27,210 nucleotides of DNA, taken from assembly GCA_005388305.1 (NCBI GenBank), contig GCA_005388305.1_4327.1; one strand, 5' to 3'. Made by a program: the position numbers and the translations under genes. The stretch's first letter is position 1. Every line of letters starts with the position of its first letter. Positions 17,261 to 23,641 of the stretch are shown piece by piece. The DNA is from Escherichia coli. GTDB taxonomy: Bacteria; Pseudomonadota; Gammaproteobacteria; Enterobacterales; Enterobacteriaceae. The notes beneath the pieces are model-generated. The model was given only the letters and a program-made list of their open reading frames with translations. It searched no databases and had not been told where the DNA came from.

Positions 17261-17429
17261 CTTTCACGTTCTCCTTAATCCACGCCTCCACGGTAGCTCG
17301 GTCAAACGTACCTGGCTGCCGGTAGCCGTTAATAACACGACAACACTCCGGGAACTTACCGGACCGAAGCCAGCGATTAAGAGTCATAGGGGAAACTCCG
17401 ATTAAGTCTGCTACTTCTTTCTGTGTCAT
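17250..17429 (-). CDS. AlpA/excisionase-like helix-turn-helix DNA-binding protein, ~59 aa
   Basis: MTQKEVADLIGVSPMTLNRWLRSGKFP is a typical HTH_17/AlpA-type motif. Start set at the internal ATG 17429 (AGAGGG RBS 7 nt upstream); the ORF-track start 17459 would lie inside the putative promoter. Confidence 0.6.
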   Translation of the reverse strand: MTQKEVADLIGVSPMTLNRWLRSGKFPECCRVINGYRQPGTFDRATVEAWIKENVKDAN

Positions 17430-17458
17430 TTTACGCACCCTCTTTACCAAGTGAAACA

Positions 17459-17487
17459 ACTATAACACCTACAATAACTAAACACAA
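17459..17487 (-). promoter_or_regulatory. putative sigma70-like promoter of the leftward operon (TTGTGT-17-TATAGT on the - strand) within a degenerate copy of the conserved element
   Basis: + strand CAACTATAACACCTACAATAACTAAACACAACC; - strand -10 TATAGT (17464-17459), -35 TTGTGT (17487-17482). Confidence 0.35.
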
Positions 17488-17492
17488 CCTAT

Positions 17493-17519
17493 TGACAAAA
17501 TAAAATGTAGCTGTAAAAT
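17493..17519 (+). promoter_or_regulatory. putative rightward sigma70-like promoter (TTGACA-15-TAAAAT), back-to-back with the leftward promoter
   Basis: TTGACA at 17493-17498, TAAAAT at 17514-17519; the 15-bp spacer is shorter than optimal. Confidence 0.35.
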
Positions 17520-17752
17520 CAACGTATCGAAGGACCTTAGTTCAGAATTACTTAGAAACATTATTCTTAAGTCTCGGGTACTTAAAGCCCCGCCTTAAAG
17601 CGGGGCGCTAAACAGTACTCTTGGTAACGTTAGTATCTAAGTTTCCTCAAAGTAACAGCAAGTGGCAAGAAAGCCCCCGTCTATTTAAATTTTACCCTCC
17701 TTCATAAGTACCTGATAATTAAAAGTTTCTATAGTTGCCGTGAGTGAGGTAG

Positions 17753-17811
17753 AGAGTACTTCACTCCGCTGGGGTGGGCTAACGCCCACCCACTGCGTTG
17801 CGTACTCTTTT
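17753..17811 (+). terminator. compound hairpin followed by a T-tract (putative terminator or structured RNA element) in the non-coding control region
   Basis: Outer stem AGAGTAC (17753-17759) / GTACTCT (17802-17808) enclosing inner stem GGGTGGGC-TAAC-GCCCACCC (17772-17791), followed by TTTT (17808-17811). Confidence 0.4.
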
Positions 17812-17850
17812 AAGAAACGAAAGAATCACAACGGCAACGTAACTATTTTC

Positions 17851-17879
17851 TTGCACACCCAAACATAATAGGGTACTAT
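17851..17879 (+). promoter_or_regulatory. sigma70-like promoter (TTGCAC-17-TACTAT) inside a copy of the conserved element, driving the rightward small-gene block
   Basis: -35 TTGCAC 17851-17856, spacer containing CATAATAG, -10 TACTAT 17874-17879, then AGGAG RBS and ATG 17914. Confidence 0.5.
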
Positions 17880-17913
17880 TCACTTATCGAAACGAGACAG
17901 AGGAGTGAGGGTT

Positions 17914-18102
17914 ATGTTTAAGAATGGTCAGTTGGTTAAAGCTGTAAATAGCTATTATTGTGTTGTTGAAAGAGAGTCTGTCGTTTTTCTCGGAACTTAT
18001 AGGGTGCGTTTTCTCGGGAAAAGATTAGGCGCGGTAGATTGGTTCCGTGAAGACGAGCTAACACTCATCGGCAACAATTTTAAATTCAAAGGGGCGAAGT
18101 GA
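17914..18102 (+). CDS. hypothetical protein, 62 aa
   Basis: ATG 17914 with AGGAG RBS (the ORF track begins at an upstream GTG); first gene after the promoter. Confidence 0.55.
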   Translation: MFKNGQLVKAVNSYYCVVERESVVFLGTYRVRFLGKRLGAVDWFREDELTLIGNNFKFKGAK

Positions 18103-18302
18103 TGGAAGAATTATTTGAAGAACTGAAACATCATGATTTCGAGGAAATATATTTCGTAGCTGAACGCTACGAGGTGCATTTATCGGACGGGATTACAATT
18201 ATTACGATGGATAGCCAGCAAATGCTAAATAGCTTACAGGCAATCAAAACGGCATCGAATCGTGATGCTTGTGCCGACGACTCTGAGGGAGGTTGCCGTT
18301 AA
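18102..18302 (+). CDS. hypothetical acidic protein, 66 aa
   Basis: ATG 18102 overlaps the upstream TGA by 1 nt (TGATG). Confidence 0.55.
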   Translation: MEELFEELKHHDFEEIYFVAERYEVHLSDGITIITMDSQQMLNSLQAIKTASNRDACADDSEGGCR

Positions 18303-18502
18303 TGCGAATCCGTATAACTGACCGCAGGCTTATAGATTTCGGTATCTCGGTAGGTGATGTTTTTCCGGCGTTCAGCAGCAACCATTATGGTTTTATGATT
18401 GAGTACAAAGGGTCGTTATTGTTCGTGTATCGGGATGAATGCGAGGTTCTGGTATGGGTCCCTATAACCGGTTTCGTCTGGAGCGTCTACGTCGCGGATT
18501 AA
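18302..18502 (+). CDS. hypothetical protein, 66 aa
   Basis: ATG 18302 overlaps the upstream TAA (TAATG). Confidence 0.55.
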   Translation: MRIRITDRRLIDFGISVGDVFPAFSSNHYGFMIEYKGSLLFVYRDECEVLVWVPITGFVWSVYVAD

Positions 18503-18648
18503 GTAACGCTAAATTAGCTCTCGATATATGGGAGAGTACGCCATATTCTTCCTCGAAGGCATGGTTTGTAGCCCGTGCTAAAGCGTCCGTACAGTATCGC
18601 GAGTACAAGTTAAATAGTTTCCTTAGACACCACGGGGTTGAGTTATGA
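18454..18648 (+). CDS. hypothetical basic protein, ~64 aa (start uncertain)
   Basis: ORF in another frame overlapping the previous gene by ~50 nt; candidate starts ATG 18439 or 18454; Arg-rich N-terminus. Confidence 0.3.
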   Translation: MGPYNRFRLERLRRGLSNAKLALDIWESTPYSSSKAWFVARAKASVQYREYKLNSFLRHHGVEL

Positions 18649-18788
18649 GAGAAGCATTCGAACGGTGGGCCTTCGTCGAGGGTCTGCCGGTTAATAAGGG
18701 TTCAAAGAAAGAGTACCTGAACGTAAAGACGCGTCTCGCATGGCGGGCGTGGAAAGCTGGTGTGTTGTTTATCGCGAATCAGAGGTGA
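18645..18788 (+). CDS. hypothetical protein, 47 aa (below ORF-track cutoff)
   Basis: ATG 18645 in ATGA overlap with the upstream stop; translation MREAFERWAFVEGLPVNKGSKKEYLNVKTRLAWRAWKAGVLFIANQR. Confidence 0.35.
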   Translation: MREAFERWAFVEGLPVNKGSKKEYLNVKTRLAWRAWKAGVLFIANQR

Positions 18789-18791
18789 TTT

Positions 18792-18992
18792 ATGGGTGAG
18801 TGGATTAAGTGTAGTGAGATGCTGCCGGGTAATGGGTATACGGATAAAGAGTTCCTGGTGTATGAAACGTTAAATAACGCAGTTCAGCACGATTATTACA
18901 TAGTTCCTGATGACGGGAGAAAGCCCTTCTGGAATCACTACGATAAGTACGTGACGCACTGGATGCCGTTACCAGAGCCGCCGGAAGTGTGA
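18792..18992 (+). CDS. DUF551-like phage protein, 66 aa
   Basis: C-terminal THWMPLPEPPE is the signature I recall for DUF551 proteins of enterobacterial phages; AGAGG RBS 6 nt before ATG. Confidence 0.55.
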   Translation: MGEWIKCSEMLPGNGYTDKEFLVYETLNNAVQHDYYIVPDDGRKPFWNHYDKYVTHWMPLPEPPEV

Positions 18993-19126
18993 TGTTCAAT
19001 AGTTTGGGATTTTACTGAGTGACTTACGCTGCTACACAGCAGCGTACAACTTTAACTTAGTGTCGTCAAAAGGCGACACTTTCATCAAACGCAACAATCG
19101 AAGCGACTATTGCAGGAGATGCAACA

Positions 19127-19300
19127 ATGATTACTAAAGAACAGGCTGAACGACTACTCACGTTAATCGACACGATGATTGACGTAAAAACCGATTTAGC
19201 AACGGCAACAGAGGAATCCGCTACCTGGTCGCTTGAAGAAAGAGAAGCAGAAGCGGAAAGGGAGTTACTGGCGTTCATCGGCTCTATAACACACCAATAA
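19127..19300 (+). CDS. hypothetical protein, 57 aa (below ORF-track cutoff)
   Basis: ATG 19127 with AGGAG RBS; same strand as neighbours; replaces the antisense ORF-track call 19066..19278 (-). Confidence 0.4.
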   Translation: MITKEQAERLLTLIDTMIDVKTDLATATEESATWSLEEREAEAERELLAFIGSITHQ

Positions 19301-19307
19301 AATTTAC

Positions 19308-19336
19308 TTGCACACTAAGATATAATAGGCTACTAT
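19308..19336 (+). promoter_or_regulatory. sigma70-like promoter (TTGCAC-17-TACTAT) inside a copy of the conserved element
   Basis: -35 TTGCAC 19308-19313, spacer containing TATAATAG, -10 TACTAT 19331-19336; RBS GAGAGGAGAG and ATG 19368 follow. Confidence 0.5.
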
Positions 19337-19367
19337 TCATTTACACGAGCGAGAGGAGAGACAGAAT

Positions 19368-19496
19368 ATGAAAGATTATAGCGAAGTAACTTTAGGTGAG
19401 TTGCAGGACGAGTACGAAGATATGCGCTACCCGTTCATCTGCGACGGGGACTACAACGGCGTCTATAACGGGGTGAGCGAAGAATATGAACACTAA
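19368..19496 (+). CDS. hypothetical acidic protein, 42 aa (below ORF-track cutoff)
   Basis: ATG 19368 with strong RBS directly after the promoter; overlaps the next gene by 11 nt. Confidence 0.4.
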   Translation: MKDYSEVTLGELQDEYEDMRYPFICDGDYNGVYNGVSEEYEH

Positions 19497-19965
19497 AAAC
19501 GAAATATTCGAGTACCTGATCGACCAGCTACGGCAGCAGGTAAATAACAGCCGGAGCGAAGACCTGGCGCATGAGGTGCAGTCACTTAAGAATCAGTTAC
19601 GTGATGCGTCGGCGCAGATTAAGGAGTTGCATAAGGCGTTGGCTACGGCTACAGGTGACATAGGTGCTTATATAGCAGCAGAGCAATCTGGTTGCCGTAA
19701 GGAAGATACTCAGTACAACGCCTGGAGGCCGCATTATGGTGCACGACAACCTGTGCCGGATGGGACTATGGTATTTATCCGGTATCGCAACGGGGTGGAG
19801 CCGAAACACAGTGTAGCAGCAGAAAAGCGGTCGTGGATTTGGGATGGAACATACGCAGACATAGTGGAATACAAGATTGACACACAGGAATGTGAACATG
19901 ACTATCGTTTGGTTCTGTGGTGTAGCGACTTACAGCAGTGCTCTAAATGCGGGGTGATCAAATGA
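19486..19965 (+). CDS. hypothetical protein with N-terminal coiled coil and C-terminal Cys/His cluster, 159 aa
   Basis: Largest gene of the early block; C-terminus CEHDYRLVLWCSDLQQCSKCG suggests a zinc-binding module. Confidence 0.6.
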   Translation: MNTKNEIFEYLIDQLRQQVNNSRSEDLAHEVQSLKNQLRDASAQIKELHKALATATGDIGAYIAAEQSGCRKEDTQYNAWRPHYGARQPVPDGTMVFIRYRNGVEPKHSVAAEKRSWIWDGTYADIVEYKIDTQECEHDYRLVLWCSDLQQCSKCGVIK

Positions 19966-20165
19966 CCAGCATATTATTTATCTGGGTACTGTCGGCGGGC
20001 CAGATGCAACTAGCGGCATCGGAAACGTTTTATTCGACGGAGGCGTGCCAGTCCGCGGCACGCGCCGCAGAGAACGCGCACTTCCTGTTTCAGGGCGACA
20101 AGCCCAACGATTCAGAGGTACGCGCTATCTGCTCACCTAAGCGACTTGGTAAACAGGAGAAATAA
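19962..20165 (+). CDS. small protein with N-terminal hydrophobic signal/anchor sequence, 67 aa
   Basis: ATG 19962 in ATGA overlap with the upstream stop; N-terminus MTSILFIWVLSAGQMQLAAS is signal-peptide-like. Confidence 0.5.
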   Translation: MTSILFIWVLSAGQMQLAASETFYSTEACQSAARAAENAHFLFQGDKPNDSEVRAICSPKRLGKQEK

Positions 20166-20166
20166 C

Positions 20167-20352
20167 ATGGTACAGAAACTATATGTTCCGTATACAGAAG
20201 AATCCGCGTCAGATTGGTCACCGAATTGTGTAGTTATGTATGAAGACTACGCGGAACTGGAACGCAAACTTCGTAACTTCGCCGACCAGGTATTGTATGT
20301 ACCTTGTTCGAAAGTTACCGAAGAAATGGCGATGGAGATTCTCGGCATATGA
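20167..20352 (+). CDS. hypothetical protein, 61 aa
   Basis: ATG 20167 with AGGAGA RBS. Confidence 0.5.
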   Translation: MVQKLYVPYTEESASDWSPNCVVMYEDYAELERKLRNFADQVLYVPCSKVTEEMAMEILGI

Positions 20353-20630
20353 GCCTTGCAACTGACATCCTGAAACGAAGCGGCCTTGCGCCGCTGTCAC
20401 CAAAAGTTAAGACGCGAGCGCGTAACGCAACTTACCGCGAACTGGCAGAACGGCGCAAAGCTATCCGCGCCTGTGGATTCCAGAACGGGAAGGCTGTTAA
20501 TCTCGGTGAGTTCAAGACAAAGGAACGCGCCGATATCGCTAATAGGCTATTTAATTACTGGAAATCGCTGGGGTACGATGATATTCCAACGAAACCGCAG
20601 AGACGACAATACATCTGGCGCCATAAATAA
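20349..20630 (+). CDS. hypothetical basic protein, possibly DNA-binding (AP2-like segment), 93 aa
   Basis: ATG 20349 in ATGA overlap; the segment NGKAVNLGEFKTKERADIANRLFNYW loosely resembles the second half of an AP2-type DNA-binding domain (weak). Confidence 0.45.
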   Translation: MSLATDILKRSGLAPLSPKVKTRARNATYRELAERRKAIRACGFQNGKAVNLGEFKTKERADIANRLFNYWKSLGYDDIPTKPQRRQYIWRHK

Positions 20631-20660
20631 ACCGTTATTAGGATAATTCCTACCCGTGGT

Positions 20661-20700
20661 ATCCTCCAGTTACTGCATACTTAATACGCACCTGGAGGAT
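20661..20700 (+). promoter_or_regulatory. stem-loop sequestering the holin ribosome-binding site
   Basis: 9-bp inverted repeat ATCCTCCAG (20661-20669) / CTGGAGGAT (20692-20700); the 3' arm contains the GGAGGA RBS of the holin (TTG start at 20706). Confidence 0.4.
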
Positions 20701-20705
20701 TCATC

Positions 20706-21014
20706 TTGGATAAATTTACTGAAACAGTGACAGGCTGGCTTCTGGCTGCCGCACTAGCTGGCGGGGTAATAGGCCTACGGCAACACAAAGCCACTATTAC
20801 TGGTCCTGTCGATGCTCTCTGTTTTCTCGCCACTGGATTTGCGTGCGCCGTATTCGGTGCACCTCTTGCCGCTCAATGGTTCGGTATCGCAGGTGAACGC
20901 GAAATAGCGGGCCTTGGGTTCATCATTGCTATTCTCTGGATGCCGATTTATTCCCGTCTCTCTGGCATTGTCGCCGGAGAATACATCGCACGTCGCGGAG
21001 GTGGCAATGAATGA
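20706..21014 (+). CDS. holin, 102 aa (TTG start)
   Basis: Small protein with three hydrophobic segments and a charged C-terminus (ARRGGGNE), directly upstream of and overlapping the other lysis genes; GGAGGA RBS 8 nt before TTG. Confidence 0.6.
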   Translation: MDKFTETVTGWLLAAALAGGVIGLRQHKATITGPVDALCFLATGFACAVFGAPLAAQWFGIAGEREIAGLGFIIAILWMPIYSRLSGIVAGEYIARRGGGNE

Positions 21015-21279
21015 GTTATTCTGGTTTGGCGGTATGCTGGCAATTGGGGGCACATCGCTGTTTAATGTGTATCACCTGAGTGTTGACGACGGGCTTTTCG
21101 GTCGGGTGCTCTATATCCTGACCGCTATCGTCTGCGCCGCTGGATGTATCCACCTGTTACAGGGCAGCATGTCACCGACGCTGCCTGAGACATTAATCAC
21201 ATTAGTTGCGCTGCGACAGATTCGCCAGTCGTGGCTGCTATACGGAGGATATAAGCGTGTCTCGAAATATTTCAGATAA
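21007..21279 (+). CDS. lysis-associated membrane protein (putative second holin/antiholin), 90 aa
   Basis: ATG 21007 overlaps the holin 3' end by 8 nt; two hydrophobic segments (FWFGGMLAIGGTSLF, VLYILTAIVCAAGCIHLL). Confidence 0.5.
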   Translation: MNELFWFGGMLAIGGTSLFNVYHLSVDDGLFGRVLYILTAIVCAAGCIHLLQGSMSPTLPETLITLVALRQIRQSWLLYGGYKRVSKYFR

Positions 21280-21745
21280 TGGATTGCATTTCACCGCCGC
21301 GTTCGAGGGATTCCGCGGAACTGCGTATCGCGCTACGCCGGACGAGAAGTACCTGACTATTGGGTACGGAAGTTATGGCACACACGTTAAAGCGGGGCAG
21401 ACCATCACGCCAGGGCAAGGCCTCCTGTTACTGAATCGCGATATGGCTAAGGCTGTAGCTGCTGTTGACGCAGCAGCACACCATTCGCTTACACAGGCAC
21501 AGTTCGATGCGGTGTGTGACCTGGTGTATAACGCAGGTGCTGGCGTGATTGCGTCTACTACGGGCACAGGCAAGGCACTGCGTTCTGGTGATACCGCAAC
21601 ACTGCGGGCTAAGCTGGCGCTGTTCATCAACCAGAACGGCAAACCACTACTTGGCCTGCGTCGCCGTACAGCCGGGCGTCTGGCGCTGTTCGATGGTAAA
21701 CCGTGGCAAGAGGCAGAGGCTATTGGGCGTGCGGTGAAAGGTTGA
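21257..21745 (+). CDS. endolysin, lysozyme (GH24-like), ~162 aa
   Basis: N-terminal catalytic region FEGFRGTAYRATPDEKYLTIGYG (Glu…Asp…Thr spacing as in T4/lambda-type lysozymes); GTG start at 21257 preceded by GGAGGA; a strong terminator follows. Confidence 0.75.
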   Translation: MSRNISDNGLHFTAAFEGFRGTAYRATPDEKYLTIGYGSYGTHVKAGQTITPGQGLLLLNRDMAKAVAAVDAAAHHSLTQAQFDAVCDLVYNAGAGVIASTTGTGKALRSGDTATLRAKLALFINQNGKPLLGLRRRTAGRLALFDGKPWQEAEAIGRAVKG

Positions 21746-21810
21746 CACCTAAGATTAATCCGACGATACTTAAATCACCTCCTGCTCCATCCCTCTGCTC
21801 TCCAGTTTTA

Positions 21811-21842
21811 TCCCGGCCCTGACCCAGCCGGGATTTTTTTTT
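21811..21842 (+). terminator. rho-independent terminator after the lysis cassette
   Basis: Stem TCCCGGC / GCCGGGA with 10-nt loop, followed by a run of 9 T. Confidence 0.75.
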
Positions 21843-21864
21843 ATCTATTTTCTGCAATGACTAG

Positions 21865-21893
21865 TTGACTATTACCATCGACCCTATTATATT
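21865..21893 (+). promoter_or_regulatory. sigma70-like promoter (TTGACT-17-TATATT) within a variant of the conserved element
   Basis: -35 TTGACT 21865-21870, -10 TATATT 21888-21893; flanked by duplicated CCATCGAC (21875-21882 and 21897-21904) and CTATTA motifs; RBS GGAG and ATG 21927 follow. Confidence 0.5.
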
Positions 21894-21926
21894 TACTCCA
21901 TCGACAACGAGAACGGAGTAGAGAAG

Positions 21927-22067
21927 ATGAAAATCACAGATATCGAGGCATTCAAAGACGCACAACTGATGGCACGCATCGCCGTTAGTAACCTGAGCAA
22001 CAGCATTCCAGCGGACGCGTTCTGGTTCGCTGCGATGCAGACACTTAAAGCAGCTTATGCAGGAGAG
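21927..22067 (+). CDS. hypothetical protein, 46 aa (below ORF-track cutoff)
   Basis: ATG 21927 after promoter and RBS; stop overlaps the next ATG (ATGA). Confidence 0.4.
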
Positions 22068-22231
22068 AAGAAATGAGCGAACAAGGTGAAGTAAGCCAAC
22101 CATTACGAGTAGGCCGTAAAGTCAGTCACACCCCGTTCCCGACACGCGAGGAACTGATGAAACGCAACAGTTTCCCGGGGCCGGACAAGAACAAGTATCT
22201 CAATCGCATGTGGGGAGAGCGTAAAGAATGA
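22064..22231 (+). CDS. hypothetical protein, 55 aa (below ORF-track cutoff)
   Basis: ATGA-coupled at both ends; translation MSEQGEVSQPLRVGRKVSHTPFPTREELMKRNSFPGPDKNKYLNRMWGERKE. Confidence 0.4.
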   Translation, partial: REEMSEQGEVSQPLRVGRKVSHTPFPTREELMKRNSFPGPDKNKYLNRMWGERKE

Positions 22232-22413
22232 CTGACCGTGAATACGAAAAGATGATGGTAGAGGCTGTTAACGGCGGCGTAGACATCGGTCACGTGATGC
22301 ACGTCCTGAATACTAAAATCGCAGTAGCTGAGCAGATGGTTGAGTCGCTTTACGAGACACGCCGTGAACTGATTAACCGCTTCAACCTGAACAAAGGTGA
22401 CAACAATGCCTAA
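22228..22413 (+). CDS. hypothetical protein, 61 aa
   Basis: ORF-track ORF; ATGA overlap with the upstream gene. Confidence 0.5.
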   Translation: MTDREYEKMMVEAVNGGVDIGHVMHVLNTKIAVAEQMVESLYETRRELINRFNLNKGDNNA

Positions 22414-22591
22414 AATCACAATAGCATCACTTGAGCGCCGTATTCTGGTGCTTGAGTCTGAGAAACAGACGCTAGGCGGGCAACTGTCGATTAACGGAGA
22501 GTTTCAACTGGAGGCGTTTAAGTTGTTACTCGAACGTATGAAGGATGAGGAAGATTGGGCGCATTCCTTGCAAGACCTATGGCAATACTAA
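22406..22591 (+). CDS. hypothetical protein, 61 aa
   Basis: ATG 22406 with AGGTGA RBS (the ORF track starts at an upstream GTG). Confidence 0.5.
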   Translation: MPKITIASLERRILVLESEKQTLGGQLSINGEFQLEAFKLLLERMKDEEDWAHSLQDLWQY

Positions 22592-22593
22592 AC

Positions 22594-22776
22594 ATGAAAG
22601 CGCCTGAGCCAGTAGTTATCGATGGCGTCCTGTGGAAACCTTACTCGGTTAACCATATCGACGCCGACGGGAAGAAGTTCAGCTTCTACATTTTTGCAAT
22701 TAGCCGTGAGCACGCCGCTTGTGTGGTAGATGATATACGAGAAACAGCGTGGCTCGGTGATGAGATAGTGGGGTGA
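22594..22776 (+). CDS. hypothetical protein, 60 aa
   Basis: ATG 22594 two nt after the upstream stop. Confidence 0.5.
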   Translation: MKAPEPVVIDGVLWKPYSVNHIDADGKKFSFYIFAISREHAACVVDDIRETAWLGDEIVG

Positions 22777-22780
22777 GAGT

Positions 22781-22864
22781 ATGAGTCTCGAGGTGGTTAG
22801 CGGTCTGGTGGGTCTTAGTTACTTCATTGGGGTGTTGGTTGGGTTTCTGTGGGGTAGATACTAA
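22781..22864 (+). CDS. putative hydrophobic micropeptide, 27 aa
   Basis: ATG 22781 with GGTGAG RBS; translation MSLEVVSGLVGLSYFIGVLVGFLWGRY (single TM-like helix); stop overlaps the next ATG (TAATG). Confidence 0.25.
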   Translation: MSLEVVSGLVGLSYFIGVLVGFLWGRY

Positions 22865-23034
22865 TGTTTAACGACATTAATGCAGCAATCGAAGAAGCAA
22901 TCTGGCGTCGTTACAACGGTGAGCAACAACGGCACTTCTGCCTCGTGCAACGCGGTAACATGATTGCCGTAGTGCAGGACCGCGATAATAAATATACGAA
23001 TGCGATGTGGACAACGAGGAATTTCTTAGGATGA
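22864..23034 (+). CDS. hypothetical protein, 56 aa (below ORF-track cutoff)
   Basis: ATG 22864; stop overlaps the next ATG (ATGA). Confidence 0.4.
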   Translation: MFNDINAAIEEAIWRRYNGEQQRHFCLVQRGNMIAVVQDRDNKYTNAMWTTRNFLG

Positions 23035-23267
23035 TTACCAGCATTCCGAACCTGATTAAAGAATTTGGCACGATGGCGGAGACATGCCGACAAACCGGCA
23101 TCAACGAAATGACGATTGCGAAGTACAGCAAAGACGTCGATTGTGAACGCCATGTAATTTATAACAATCGTCTGATGACGCACGTTAAGACAAGCCCGGT
23201 GTTATTCACGCGCCGGGGTATTACTAAAACAGAGCAACGTATTGCTAAAGAGGAGAGTGGGGAATGA
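23031..23267 (+). CDS. hypothetical protein with HTH-like segment, 78 aa
   Basis: ATG 23031 (ATGA overlap); the segment ETCRQTGINEMTIAKYSKD looks like a helix-turn-helix. Confidence 0.5.
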   Translation: MITSIPNLIKEFGTMAETCRQTGINEMTIAKYSKDVDCERHVIYNNRLMTHVKTSPVLFTRRGITKTEQRIAKEESGE

Positions 23268-23422
23268 TTAGTATTCTGGAGTTCATCAACAACCAAGTTT
23301 GGTACGAGCCAGAGTTAAATAAGTATTCAGTTAATGGGAAAATATTTCGGCGCAAAGGCCAGGCAGAGCGTTACGCAGCTAAACTATACCGCCAGCTTGT
23401 CAAGGATGGTTTCTTCAAATGA
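23264..23422 (+). CDS. hypothetical protein, 52 aa (below ORF-track cutoff)
   Basis: ATG 23264 (ATGA overlap); last gene before the terminator. Confidence 0.4.
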   Translation: MISILEFINNQVWYEPELNKYSVNGKIFRRKGQAERYAAKLYRQLVKDGFFK

Positions 23423-23524
23423 GACTACTAATCATCCCTAACGCCTGGGCCATTCCCGTAGCTAACGACCATTACGGCGGCGATGGTAAAAGAGCACCAC
23501 GACACGGCCTATACAACTGATACA

Positions 23525-23546
23525 AGCCCTCTACGGAGGGCTTTTC
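23525..23546 (+). terminator. rho-independent terminator upstream of the packaging genes
   Basis: AGCCCTC-TACG-GAGGGCT hairpin followed by TTTT. Confidence 0.6.
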
Positions 23547-23641
23547 TGTACATCCCGCCCAATCCCCTTATATAATCCCTTTAGACGCGTAGGGCGCGTC
23601 TGGTTCGCTCTGATGGTCAGACGCATATGCAAGGGGATTCT

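Noticed and set aside
14236-17429. Temperate lifestyle (lysogeny module) inferred from the XRE and AlpA-like HTH proteins
   Set aside because: No integrase, recombinase, attachment site or CI-type repressor with a peptidase domain is present in the window; small HTH regulators are also common in virulent phages.
17430-17913. tRNA gene in the long non-coding region
   Set aside because: No cloverleaf could be built by eye: no GTTCRANYC T-loop with a matching acceptor stem; the hairpins present look like terminator-type structures.
19066-19278. 70-aa - strand ORF inside the rightward early gene block
   Set aside because: Low-complexity Ser/Ala-rich translation; a + strand ORF (19127-19300) with a good RBS fits the operon direction better.
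23627-23641. Upstream ATG 23627 as the terminase small-subunit start
   Set aside because: It has no RBS-like sequence at proper spacing, whereas ATG 23642 is preceded by AAGGGGA; the difference is only 5 codons and remains uncertain.
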